A stretch of 64,000 nucleotides of DNA from Azolla caroliniana (lineage: Eukaryota > Plantae > Polypodiophyta). Shown one piece after another: positions 12,835-25,700 of the stretch (positions within the stretch are counted from its first letter, which is position 1; the number at the start of each line of letters is the position of its first letter). The stretch spans positions 12,586,001-12,650,000 of the forward strand of contig JBHGNT010000007.1 in the NCBI GenBank assembly GCA_043228905.1. The letters run 5' to 3'. The position numbers and the translations under genes are program-made. The notes under the pieces were generated by a model. The model was not told the DNA's origin, searched no databases, and saw nothing but the letters and a program-made list of their open reading frames with translations.

Positions 12835-14430
12835 AGAAGAACAATACTGATGAGCAAACTCGACCGAGGCCGAAACCTGATGTGGAGTACCCGACATGAG
12901 CCAGATGGTGCAGACCCGATGAGAACCGGATGAGGAGTACCCAGCAAGAGCCGGATGATGAAGACCCGGTGAGAACTGGATGAGGAGTACCTGGCAAGAG
13001 CCGAATGATGAAGGCCCGGTGAGAAGTGCTCACCGGATAAAGGGACATATTCGTAAATATGTTTTCTGAGAGTCCATCGGGGCTATATTTGTAAATAGTC
13101 GAAAAGTCATATTAGTATAAATATGACTTAGGGCAAACTTAGATGCGTTGGTTGTCATTCTTGTTGGCACAAGATTAGAGCGCCCAACTGTGTACAGAGA
13201 GAGTGAGAGAGAGGAAGAGGTCGTTGCCTCTGATTGTAACCGCCGCCTGTGGCGAAGATAGCAAGCTCGAGGTCGTGGCCTTGGTGCTTTCTTATTGTAC
13301 ATTCTGATATAGAGATAGTTTGCGGTCTGTGGGCTGCCGCGGTTTTTCCCGAGTTTGGGTTTTCCACGTAAACATCCTGTGTACTCTTCTCTCCATCGTG
13401 TTATGCTTTCATTCCCTGTTTTCTGTGTTTTATTCTAGGCTCGGTTGTGGCCGAGCGTTGTTCATCGGGAGCGTGCAGTTCCGGTCAAAAACGTGCGTGG
13501 TATTTTAAACCCTTGTATCCGGCAACACCGGATCTGTTGTATGTTTCTCCTCCTGGTTGCCGGTTATCCGCTTGCCATTCCCGGTTTCTACTTTGGCATC
13601 TGGTTGTGGGTTCCGCGGCATTGGTCCGTAATACGGTTTTAGTCGGAAACCGTTTACCCATTTTTCCACGACCTCGCTAGCCAGCGTTCCTAGCTGATAT
13701 GAGCCTTTAAACTCTTGTGTTATCCAGTATGGTCCGGTCGACAGGAACCGTAGCTTTCCCAGCATTTTGCCCATCCAGGTCTAAAATACTAACACCGGCT
13801 TACCGATTCCGAACATTTTCTCGTTCCCTTTCCGGTGCCGGTCGACGAACGTTTTCCGTTGTCGTTGCTCGAGTTCCAACTACAGAATGCTAGCTATCTA
13901 GTGTTCTTCTAATTCGCACAATGTCGCTAGTCAAATTTTCTCCGATTCCTTCTCACTTAACCTTTCTTGTACTTGAATCCGCAAACTCGGAATTTGAAAC
14001 TCTATCGGCATGACCGCTTCTAATCCGAAAGCTAAACAGAATGGTGTTGTCCGAATACTTGTTTTGTACACAGTTAGGTAAGCCCACAATGTTATTGCTA
14101 GGGCCAGACAACAGCCTAACACAGGGTGTCCACTTAAGACACGTCACCAAAGGGTGGTACGGCAGAATGACTTACGGCACAACGCTTAATTAGACCTTAA
14201 TCGATTACTTAGCCATCCGTAATTAACACGCGTAAGATATAACAATGAATACAGAACAATAATCAACATTGGAAGATTAAGACAATAAGCTTTATTAATT
14301 ATCCGCTCCTGATTACATTGTAACCCGGCCTTTATATAGGTCTCCGATGTAAAATACAAAACGGTGCCAACCGGCACCTTTACGGGATTGTTCCGGATCC
14401 GGATCAGCATAGCGATTCCGGTCTATCCGT

Positions 14431-15596
14431 TGTCGTGAAGATTTTCGGCAATAGTGTGAAAATCCCATAAAACGTACGAAATCGAGTATGAATCACATAA
14501 TACAATAATTGTGAAGATAACATTTTAAATAAATTTAATATCTAAGTACAAAATGATGGAGGTTTCGAATGCACTTTATTACACGAGAAACGGACAACTA
14601 AATGTCAAGATATGAGGGTATAAAGTTTGTGAAAGGAAAAGAGAAAATTGTGAGATATCCCACATAGGCACGACAAATACGGCTCTCATCATATATAAGG
14701 TAGAGCAAAAGATATTATCTTTGTGTCTATGTGTGGATCATAGAGAGTTCAAGGTAACTTGAACTAAGAGTAGAGGGTGGGCTAGCTACTCGTAAAGGGT
14801 TTTGGCCAACCAAAACCGGACCGACGATGGAGCCAGTGATCCGGCGGCATCTGATGGCAATCCGGCATCCAGCGAGGCACCGGTAACCGACGGAAACCGG
14901 CGACGGCATCGGTATCCAACGCCGACGAGACGACGACATCCGGCGAGGCACCGGTAACTGACAGCATCCGGCGACGGCACCGGTATCTGGCGGCAACCGG
15001 CGACGACATCCAACGAACCGGCGTCCGGCGACTAGATAAATAAATATATAAATATATATACATATACAAGGAGGGCAAGTAAGGATTCGAACCTTGCACC
15101 TTCAAGTTAGGAGTCAATTGGCTTACCATTAAGCCATGCTATTAATTTATATTTCTATCATTGTACTTTTACATGTAAATTCTCATACATGAGAGCTAAA
15201 ATGAGTGACATGGTTATCATGCACCACATGTAATACATAAGCGCCAAATGGCAAACATGCAATTTATGCATGTCTTGTACCCTCACATGCATCATATGCA
15301 TGAGAGCATCTATAAAAGAAGGAAGGGGGAGGAGAAAAAACACGTTTTTTTTATGAAAATTAAGAGGAAGAAATTCGTTATCAAATTGATCGTGTAACTT
15401 GTTTCTTAAATCTAAAGTTAAAAGTTCAATCAATCTCTCTCAATTGTGTGATCTCAACTTCTCTCTTTCCCAATCTATCTTAAGTACTTTCTCGCTAAAG
15501 CTTGCGCCAAAGCTTGTACCGACTTTGAATCCTTCCAGTCCAGAACCCCGGCGGTTCCGCCTCACTATCCGCGCGTAGTGACGGATCTTCACGACA
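14431..15596. mobile_element. 1166-bp solo-LTR-like insertion with 12-bp terminal inverted repeats and 4-bp TSD
   Basis: Ends TGTCGTGAAGAT...ATCTTCACGACA. TSD CCGT (14427-14430, 15597-15600). The host LTR is continuous once it is removed. CTATAAAAG near 15310. No coding domain. Confidence 0.85.
15073..15143 (-). other. tRNA-derived segment with Pol III A box and B box inside the insertion
   Basis: Minus strand reads AGCATGGCTTAATGGTAAGC...GCAAGGTTCGAATCCTTAC. A box TGGCTTAATGG (15126-15136), B box GGTTCGAATCC (15083-15093). No convincing acceptor stem, so not a functional tRNA gene. Confidence 0.6.
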
Positions 15597-15728
15597 CCGT
15601 CCACATCTTCTTACATAATAATATATATATATATATTAAGACTACTAATTACAACAGTTCCCGAATAACTATTCCTTTCACACTCTGGTTTGGACCTCCT
15701 TAAGCCTTCTTTGCCGGCCGGTAACACA

Positions 15729-15768
15729 TGGCACCCCCGTGGGACAATACATTGTACGTCGAACCCAC
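15729..15768 (-). other. tRNA-3'-end-like structured motif at the PPT position (family A copy Y)
   Basis: Minus strand GTGGGTTCGACGTACAATGTATTGTCCCACGGGGGTGCCA, then TG, then LTR start TGTTACC. Confidence 0.8.
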
Positions 15769-16458
15769 TATCCGGCCCTTTTATGCTTCATCCAAAATGT
15801 CCAGAATGCTTTGCTCCAAAATTTCCAATGGCTCGTCGGGAATCTGTTGTTGTTGCTGTGGCTGCTACTGTTGTTCTGTTTGTGGCTGTGGCTGTTGCTC
15901 CGTTGGTTGCTCTGGCACCGACGTTTCCGTCGTTGGTTCCTCCGTCCGAGTTGTCTGTGGCTGACTGACCCCGGCCTGTTCCCCCTCCGGTCTTTGCACC
16001 GGCGATGGTTCCTCATCACTAAGGTTGACCGTTGCCGCCTTTCGCGCTTTTTCTTCCCGGAGTCGGGACCGCTCATAGCTTTCGAACTGGATTTGAGGCT
16101 CCATCCGATCGTCGTCCAGTTGAGCTACGAGTTGCCGGACCTGCACCAATTGTTCATCCGCCAGGGTTGTGAAATCTTTTGCCAGCTCATCCCTTATGGC
16201 GGTGAAGTCCTCTGAGGTCAGCGTATAACAATCCATTGCCCTCCTTTCGCTGGTTTTCCATGTCCGCCCTAAGCAATTGGAGTTCCGCCGTATTCTGCGC
16301 CCATTTCGCCCACCAACGCATCGCGTTGTCGTCAATCAAGCTTTTGGTCTTAATGAGCCATGACCGGAGGATGCAATGGATCCGTTCGGCTCCCATCTGT
16401 GATTTATTTGATTCGCTCCTTTATTCTCTTTTTTTTTTTTTTTTTCTTACTTGTGTGG

Positions 16459-19400
16459 TTAGTTTTTCTCTGGTCCTGTCGGACCTTTGCCCGAAGCGTG
16501 CAACTTGTCGGCCTCTTGACGGTTTGCCGTCGTTCTGCTCTCCTCGGTTGCCCGCTCATGCTCCTCCTTACTGGCTTGGTGGTAGCCGTCGTCTTCACCG
16601 GTTGCCGTTATGGTTGGCCTGCCGGCGTCTGATTCGGTGGCGGCCTTTCGTTCAAATGGGTTCTTAGGCATAGGTCCTTTGTATGGTTTTAGTCTAAATC
16701 CGTTGACCCATTTACCCAGCACTTCTCCGGCAAGTGTCCCCAACTGGTAGGACCCATTGAACTCGCGTGTGATCCAGTACGGTCCGGTCCATCTAAACCA
16801 TAGTTTACCTGGCATTTTGCCCATCCGGGTCTGGAACACGAGTACCGGCTTGCCGGTCCCGAACATCTTTTCGTTTCCCTTCCGGTGCCGATCTACAAAT
16901 GCTTTTCGTCTCCGTTGTTCCAATTCCAGGTGCATAATGCTCGCCAGTCGGTGTTCTTCAAGTTCGCACAGAGCCTTTAACCGAATTGCCTCCAATTCCT
17001 TTTCATTCAATTGTTCCCGAATCTGAATCCGTAAGCTTGGTACCTGGAACTCGACCGGCATGACTGCCTCCAATCCGAATGCTAACCAGAACGGTGTTGT
17101 TCGGATGCTTGTTTTGTACGCTGTTCGGTAAGCCCAGAGCGCACTGTGCAGCTTCGTATCCCAATTTGTTCGATTTTCATTGACGATTTTCCGGAGGATA
17201 TTCTGGAGCGTTTTGTTCGTCGACTCAGCTAACCCATTTGCTTGCGGATAGTACGATGTGCTTCGTTTATGTACTACCGCATAGAATGTCATCAAACTTT
17301 CTACCACTTGTCCAAGAAAGTGCCCTCCTTGGTCGCTTATCAGCTCTATGGGGCATCCGTACCGGCACCAAATGCATTCGTATAAGAATTTCGCCGTTGA
17401 CGCCGCGGTGTTGTCTCGTAGGGCTTTCGCTTCCACCCACTTAGTGCAGTAATCCGTCGCGACGATCACGTACCGGTTGCCAGTGGTTTAAATGGCCCGA
17501 CGAAATCCAGCCCCCATTTCAGGAATGGTTCTAGTGGTAGGGCTGGCTGGTGTGGCATCCGAGCTTGTTCCGTTGGCTGACCCATTCGTTGGCATAGATC
17601 ACACTCCTTCGCATACCAGACTGCATCTTTCAATGTGGTCGGCCACCATAGGCCACTTTGCCATACTTTCTTTCCCGTCGCATCTCCGGCATAATGGCCT
17701 CCGGCGACTCCGCAATGTGCCTCCCGTAGTATTACCTCCTTCTCGTCGCTGCGCACCGCTCGTCGCCAGATACCATCTGCATCTTTGTGGTATAACGTGT
17801 CCTGTAATAAACAGAAGTGTCGGCTCTGTACCGCCAGGCGTTTTCTCTCGTCCCGGTTCATCTCCTCCGGAGGCAATCCGGTACTCAGAAACTGGTGCAT
17901 ATTAGTTAGCCACTTATCTTCTTGTGCCACCGTTTCATTTGTTGTCGTTTCCGTGGTGACTCGAAAAAGCTCTGCATCCGGAAACTCGTCCGGTACTCCG
18001 TCACCTGTCTCCCCGGAATCTAACCGGCTTAGATAATCTGCTACCGCATGCTGTATGCCGGGTTGGTGGAATATCTCGAATTCAAACTCTTGCAACAACA
18101 AAGTCCACTGGGCCAACTTACCGATAAGTGACGCTTTGGATACTAGGTAGAGGAGTGCCGAATGATCTACATGGAAGGAGAACTTTCTTCCCAATAAATA
18201 ATGCCTGAATTTTGTTACACTGTAGATCATTCCTAAAGCTTCCCTTTCCGTGGTAGAATAATTCCGTTCCGCTTGGGATAGCTTCCGGCTAGCATAGTAT
18301 ACTGGGCGGTACCACCTTGGCTTGGTAAGCTTCATGAGCGCGCTGCCGATTGCGATATCGAAAGCGTCCACGAACACATGAAACTCTTTACTCCAATCCG
18401 GAGGCTGCACTACCGGTGCTTGTGACAATAACACCTTTAGTGCCCGGTACGCCTTGTCTTCGATGTCGGTCCATTGGAACAGTGTTCGATGTATTGCCGC
18501 ATGCAGAGGTGTAGCCAAGTCTGCCAAATATCGGAGCATACGGCTATGCCAGCGGATTTGTCCTAGGAAACGACTCAATGCCTTTGCCGTTGCCGTTGCC
18601 GGTGCTTCCCGGATTGCTTTCACTTTGTCCAGATCTACGACAATGCCTTCCTTGCTCACTATATGCCCTAGTAGCGTTCCGCTGGACACTCCAAATACAC
18701 ACTTCGCCGGATTCAGGCTTAGCCGGTACGCCCTACACTTCTCTAGACATAGTCTGAGATGCTGCAAATGATCTTCTTCTCTACTATAGACGACGAAGTC
18801 GTCAAGGAACACCTGCATAAAAGCCGGTATGTATTCGCCAAAGATCTCCATGATGATCCGTTGGAATGTTGCTGGTGCCATTTTCAGGCCGAATATCATC
18901 ACCACCGCAACAAACACTCCCCATTCGGTGATGAAAGCCGTTTTCTCTTGATCCTCAGGGTGCATCCGGATCTGATTATACCCGCTAAATCCGTCTAAGA
19001 AACTGTAGACTTCATGGCCGGCAACGGCATCCAAAACTCCATCCGTAAACGGAAGTGGAAATGCATCCGTTACTGTTGCCGCATTGAGCTTCCGGTAGTC
19101 GACACAAACTCTAATTTTGCCTTTCTTTTTCGGTACGACTACGATCAGGCTCAACCATGTAGATTTCTTTACGGGACGGATGAAGCCAACCCTCAGCAAT
19201 TTGTCGATCTCCTGTCAGTCGCACCGAGCTTTTGTCCGCCATTCGGAGCCAGAACGGACATGGCTCCCACTCTTGGATTCCAAGAGCATCGCATGTCCGG
19301 AGGCTGATTACATTAACGCCGGAGCCTCCGTCTATTATCGTGCCGGGGAGTTCTTTCCCTTTCACAATGGCCGTAATTGCCGGACTGTTGGTGTCCACGA

Positions 19401-19758
19401 CGGCCGATCCTTCTTCTGGATTTGAGAAGAATGCCGGAGCTGGTGGTGTTCCGCTTGTCGTCATGCCAGACTTGAGTCCTTTTGTGAATCTTGGTACTAG
19501 CTGCAAGAGTCGTCCTAACGGCGGCGTGATCTGGCATTCCTCCAATACCTGCCATGTCACGTTTTCGGACTGACTGCCACTGGCGAGCTCTCCGGTGTTC
19601 TCCTTCTGTTGCGCGAGTTCTGCTACGTTTCGCTCATTTGCCTTTTTCACCCATTCCGTTGCCTGTTTCCGTATGGCCTCTTGTGTCTCCCATTCCGTCG
19701 TCTTGCCCTTCAACCTTGTGGTGACCTGCTGGAGGTCTGCGACTTCGGTGACTATCAT
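16459..19758 (-). pseudogene. Family A pol (PR, RT, RH, INT), copy Y
   Basis: ORFs 19111-19758, 17466-19199 and 16459-17469 carry DGGSG, DQEKTAF, FLDD, HCGVAGGH...C..C, WGLDFVGP and GKLWFRWTGPY. There is a deletion between PR and RT near 19215. Confidence 0.9.
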
Positions 19759-20478
19759 GTTTACTGCCGGTTGTTTATCATAGCTCTTTGCTGGACATTG
19801 ATTACTATAATGTCCTTCTTGCCGGCAGTAATAGCAATATGCTTTCCGGGTGTTGCTGGATTCGACATTGTTTCCTGTACCCAGTGGAGGACTTGTGGTA
19901 ACCGCGGGGCTCTGGTCTGGTTGGCTGCTTCAGACACCTTTTTCCGGTTCACGTGGGTGGCTCCCTTTTTTGAAATGCCGTTTTTTATTAAAGTTCTTTT
20001 TGTTGCGGTACTCTTGCCGGGGTTGGTCGTCATACCTCCCGTAATCTTCTCGTCGTTGGTGATACACGGGGGAGTGATCCCAGTTGTGATGCTCCTACCG
20101 TCCATTGTAATCTCGATACTTGTCATATCTCTTGTACCAGTCATAGTTGTCTCGCCGATTGCCGTACCAGACATCTTGTGCCGGTCGATATCGCTCCTCT
20201 CGTCGCCAACGTTCGTCTTCTTCGTCTCGGCTGCTACGTGGCTTGATTTTCCGGACTGGTGGAGCTTGCCGATTCAATAAGTTATATTTGCACCGGTCCA
20301 TCGTGTGGCTCGTAGATTGGCAGAGTAATTAGTGCGTCCGCATGCTGCACTCTAGTGACGAGTGTCCGGAATTCAAGCAGCTTGTGCATTGGATTGCTTG
20401 CCGGAAACGAAGATCCTCATCGGTTGGTAATGCTCGTTGGAGGGCTCCCATTGTTAGCCAAGAGCTCGTTTTCTCCAT

Positions 20479-22498
20479 TTGTTTGATCAGGCTTGCGGTT
20501 ACCGCTTCTTGGCTTTTGTAATGCATGAGTTGGGTCTGATATGTCGTCTGAACTCTGTTCAGAGCCATTGCAACGCGCTCCGTTTCCGCATGGTGCTGAC
20601 TTGCAAGTCCAGTCGCTCTTTCACTGCCGCCACTAGTTGTTTTGCTTGTTCGGCTCCCTTTGAATGCTCTTCCATCACTACCACCGTTAACCGGTTAACT
20701 TCCTCCGCTCATACGCTTGATGCCCTCTTCTCAAGCTTTCCTTTGTTCGGCGGAGGTTGTCGGCCGTTCTCCTTTGTTCCTCCTCCACCGCTTTTTTCAA
20801 TTCTCGTTCCGTAGCATGTAAAGCTTCTTGTGCTGCCAGGTATTCCCTTAGTATGGCGAGCTCCTGTGCGGACGATTCATGAGTATCTGGGCCCACCACC
20901 GTCACCGGGGTTTGGTCGTTCTGTCGAGTTACCGGGGCCACCGGTTTTGATTGCTGTGGTCCTTCTATGAACAACTTGGCCATGTCTGTTCTGGCCTTCT
21001 CTATGTCTTCTTCCATGCTCCAGATTCTTGATCGGGCCATCTCTAATTCCTCAGTTGTGGCTAGCAACCAGGCTTCCTGCGCTTTTTCTTCTGCTTCTAA
21101 CTGGTCGACAACACCAGTCACTTGTTCTACTACCCATCGGAGCCATCGACTGCCGGTGCCTTGTGGTCGTGCTAGTTCTGGTTGTGGTATGGCATTTCCA
21201 CTGGTCACGAGCCCACTATTGATGGTTACGTCACACAACTGCTCCCATTCTGGCTGTTGCTGTTGCGGCGGTGATGCCGGCAATTCGATGACCGGTTCTT
21301 GATTCACCAGTACTGTCGTGTCCTGGACCGTTGGTTCTACGATGTCATGCCGCAACCCTTGCTCCGTTCCCGATTCTTGTTGAGCTAGTTCTGCCACCTT
21401 TGTCGGCTATGGCTCCTTAGGGGAGGGTTCCCGTCTATGGTTCTCCGGTAGCCTTGATGTTCCCCCTTCATGGCCTTTTTCTCTTGGCTGGCGACCCCGT
21501 AGCAGTGTCTCGGTCGGTTCGTCTTCCTGTTGGTCTTCTTCCAGGGTCTCATTGCTGATTACCGCTGCCAAGGGGTCATGCCCCTACGTTTCCTCCAGTT
21601 GTTGCTCTGCTTGTTGCTCTGATAGGCGCAACTTGATTTTCAACGGTCTCCTCGAGGTGTCCACCGATGCCTCCTTCTCAACTAGCCGCTTCCAACTAGG
21701 TCGTTCCTTTGCTTGGGTAGCCAGGAGTTGCTGCCGTTTTGAAGCCGTTTTGGGGGTCGCTTTTGTCGGTCTTCCCCTCTTCCTTTGTTTCATGGGCTCC
21801 ACCGGCGGTGCTAACAGAGTGAGCCATTGTGCCACTACTGTCCACATCTTTTTGCCATCTTTTATCGAAACGATGGCAACGTTCAGGCCGTCGGCAATCA
21901 TTACCGGCCAATCCACTTGTACTCCCTCATAGGTGGCTATGATCAAACCGGCTCTATTTCTGGGCATCGTCGGTGGTCCGGGGTACACACGGCCATACTT
22001 GTGGAGTACCCGAGCAATTTCCCGAAATAAGAGATCTTCACCGCCTTGTGTTCGGTACGCCTTGCTGCCCAGGGAGTATTCCCCAAAATACCTCGTCAGC
22101 TGCTCCGGCAAAGGGTTGACAATCAAGTAGATTCCTCCTTCCGGTAGGCCGGTCATGGCTCGGATGGCCTCCTCGGTGATGACCTCCGTGTCGATGTTTT
22201 TCACGACATTTTCCGCGTCTCCATGTGGCAGTGATTCGACTATCCGCAAGAATCCCTCTAGACCGTGTTGCTTCAGCCATTTCTTAGCCGCTTCTGAGAG
22301 TACCATGCATTCCATGTCGTCTTTGGAGTTGGTAGGTTGTGCCAAGATGGTTGCGCCTGCGTGCTCTGCGTGCTCTCGCCTAATCACTGGTAATCGCCTG
22401 TGGACACTGAGATCTCTGTGCTCGCGAAATGAAAGGGACTCTGTGTGGCGTGGGTTTTCTTTCTCCATGCATGGCGCCTTTTCTTGATTCCCGCGCAT
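20479..22498 (-). pseudogene. Family A extra ORF (ORF3), copy X, degenerate
   Basis: ORFs 21584-22498 and 20687-21397 are homologous to 27352-30133. Confidence 0.85.
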
Positions 22499-22799
22499 GC
22501 ACTTCCTGTACTAATATAGCAGGCGGTTGACACGTGGTGCGCCTATCTTTAAAAGCTTTAATTAGCCACCCACCACACCTTTCCAAAGTGCCCGTTCGCT
22601 CCTCGCCTCTGCATGATGACTTTTCTTTTTCTTTTTCGTTTTTTCTTTTTTCTTTTTTCTTTTTCTTTTTTTCAATTTGAGTTTGAGTTAACCGGAAGTA
22701 CCATGTCCGTATCTCGAGTTTTCCCCATATTCACTTTTGCTAGTAACCTGTTTGTTGTTATCTGGTAACGCCGGCTTTGCCTACCTATCGGGTAATTTT

Positions 22800-25700
22800 T
22801 CCTTGCTTCCTACTATTGTATCTGCCTCTGTCTGTTCGAACGGGTTCTGTGGCATCAGTCAACAATACGGTTTGAGTCGACACCCATTGACTCATTTGCC
22901 CATTATCTCACCGGCGAGCGTTCCGAGCTGGTATGAACTGTTGAATTCTCGTGTTATCCAATACGGTCCGGTCCACCAGAACCGTGGCTTTCCCGGCATC
23001 TGACCCATTCAAGTCTAGAACACGAGTACCGGCTTGCCTATCCCGAACATCTTCTCATTTCCCTTCTGGTGCCGATCGACAAACGCCTTCCTTCGTCGCT
23101 GCTCCAGCTCCAACTGCATGAGACTTGCTATCCAATGCTCCTTGAGTTCGCATAATGCAGCTAACCGGATTTTTTCCGATTCCTTTTCACTTAGTTGTTC
23201 TCTAACCTAAATCCGCAAACTCGGAATCTGAAATTCGATTGACATTACTGCTTCAAGCCCAAATTCTAACTAGAATGGTGTTGACCGGATACTCATTTTG
23301 TATGCCGTCCGGTATGCCCATAATGCACTATGCAGCTTGGTGTCCCAATCGGTCCGGTTTTCATTGACGATCTTCCGTAGGATGTTTTGGAGCGCCTTGG
23401 CTTCTACCCACTTGGTGCAATAATCGGTAGCAACTATGACATATCTGTTGCCGGTTCGCATTGCCGGAGGTTTAAACGGCCCGACAAAATCCAACTCCCA
23501 TTTCTGAAATTGTTCTAAGGGTAGCACCGGCTGGTGAGGCATCCCTGCCTGTTCTGTTGCTTGGCCCATCCGTTGACATAAATCGCAAACCTTCGCGTAC
23601 CGAACTGAGTCCTTCAGTGTCGTTGGCCACCATAGCCCGTTGTGCCATATCTTCCTTGCCGTAGCGTCCCCGGCATAATGCCCTCCGGCCACGCCATAGT
23701 GCACTTCTCGTAATATCGTGTCCTTTTTGTCGCTTCGTACTGCTCGCCGCCATATGCCATCCGCGCCTTTGTGGTACAGAGTGTCCTGTAGTAGACAAAA
23801 ATGTCGGCTTTGCACTGCTAACCGCTTCTGCTCATCATGGTTCATCTCCTCCGGTGGAAGTCCCGTGCTTAGGAATTGATGCATGTTGGTTATCCACTTG
23901 TCTTCGTCGATTACCGTGCCATCAGCTGCCGTTTCGACTGTTACTTTAAACAACTCAACATCCGGAAACTCATTCGAGACTTCGTTGCCGGTCTCACCGG
24001 AGTCTAACCAGCTCAGATAATTGGCAACCGCATGCTGTATCCCCGGCCAGTGATACATTTCGAACTCGAACTCTTGTAGCAACAATGTCCATCGGGCTAG
24101 ATTGTCGGTGAGTGATGCCTTTGAGACCAAATATAACAGCGCTGAGTGATCAACGTGGAAAGAAAATTTCCTTCCTTATAAATAGTGCCTGAACATGGTA
24201 ACACTGTAAATCATCCCTAACGCTTCTCTTTCCGTTGTTGAATAATTCTATTCTTCCTGGGATAGCTTCAGGCTAGCATAATAGACCGGTTGGTACCATT
24301 TCGGTTCCGCCAGTTGCATTAGTGCGTTGCCAATTGCTATGTCGAACGCATCCACGAACACGTGTAATTCTTTTGACCAGTCCGGTGCTTGTGATAGTAG
24401 TACTTTCAGTGCCTGATAAGCCTCATCCTCTGTATTCGTCCATTGGAACGGTGTTCCGTGAACTGTGACATGCAATGGTGTGGCAAGATTGGCCAAATAC
24501 CGGAGCATCCGGCTATGCAACTGGATTTGCCCTAGAAACCAACTCAAGGCTTTGGCCGTCGATGGTGCCGGTGCTTCTAACATTGCTTTCACCTTATCGG
24601 GGTCTACTGCAATCCTGTCCTTGCTGACCAAATGGCCCAACAATGCACCGCTTGTTACTCCGAACACACATTTTGCTGGATTCAAGGTTAGCTGATAACA
24701 CATCTGCATTTCTCAAGACATAGCCAGAGGTGTTGGAGATGTTCTCCTTCGCAGCTATACACGATAGTGTCATCCAGGAAAACCTGCATGAAAGCCAGAA
24801 TGAACTCGCCAAATATTTCCATGATTATTTGTTGAAAGGTTGCCAGCGCGGTCTTGAGCCCGAACATCATTACCACTGCGACAAAGACTCCCCATTCAGT
24901 GACGAATGCTATCTTGTCTTGGTCGTCGGGGTGCATCCTTATTTGATTGTAGCCGCTGAAACTGTCTAGGAAGCTATACGCTTCATGACTGGCTACCACG
25001 TCCAGCACTCCATCCATAAATGGCAATGGAAAGGCATCGTTCACTGTCGTCGCATTGAGTTTCCGGTAATCAACGCACACCTGGATTTTCCCGTTCTTTT
25101 TTGGCACGACGACTATGGGACCTAACCATGTAGCTTTCTTCACTGGTTGGATAAAACCGACCCGTAACAACTTGTCAATTTCCTCTTTGACCTTTGCCGC
25201 ATAGTTAGGGTTCATTCGATAACGTCGTTGGGCTACCGGTTTGGCATCCTTACTGAGGTGTATTTGGTGTTGGTACAACTGGGGATCCAGTCCCCACATG
25301 TCTTCATAGGACAGGGCGAATACGTCTCGGAATTCCTTTAATAAAGTGATCATCATTGTCCTGTTGTCCGGTGACATTTCCTTAGCAATATGAATTGGTC
25401 TGGCGTCGTCCCCAGTCCCTAAGTTCACTTCATCTAACTGGGATGCTTTCACGTGTTGGGATACCGCCATCTCCCTTTCCAGAGCTTCCTGTGCTTGCCG
25501 TAATTCTCTGATAGCCTCCTGATCCGGTTCCTCGATGGTGTCGTCCGATTGCATTCTATATGGTGACACTGCTTCCGCCACATTGATTTTGAATAGAGGT
25601 ACAATTTTTGGGTCAACCTCTTCGTCCGCAAGCCCCTCGAGCATGTTCACACCTTCCGCATATAGCGGCGTCAGCTCCTTGCTGGTACTGGCTTGAGGCT

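Larger units (their letters stand above)
5617..13527 (+). mobile_element. Ty1/copia Tnt1/Tork-like element T1, 5'-truncated and degenerate; 3' LTR split by chromovirus
   Basis: PR (WVVDSGASFH), GAG-pre-integrase (LWHKRLCHMS), INT core, RT and RH fragments are highly similar to 56454-60527. PPT GAAGGGGGAG at 8483-8492. LTR occupies 8495-8532 plus 12835-~13527; the end at ...ggcaaca is tentative. Internal deletion near 7210. Confidence 0.9.
2279..14089 (-). mobile_element. Ty3/gypsy family A, copy Z (3' part: integrase C-terminus, extra ORF, 3' LTR), interrupted by copia T1
   Basis: LTR-like sequence from 2279 (TGTTGTCACC...) is homologous to those at 14090, 26881 and 38753. Extra-ORF remnants lie at 2730-5450. 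Integrase C-terminus (GKLRFLSTGPYW, KTSIRTTPF) lies at 13528-14089. Confidence 0.85.
14090..20478 (-). mobile_element. Ty3/gypsy family A, copy Y (gag C-terminus to 3' LTR; several internal deletions)
   Basis: 3' LTR at 14090-14430 plus 15597-15726. ORF3 C-terminus at about 15750-16400. INT 16459-17469. RT-RH 17466-19199 (QVFLDD). PR 19111-19758 (IIDGGSGVNVI). Gag zinc knuckles (CTSCLNSGHSSLEC) near 20330-20400. Confidence 0.9.
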
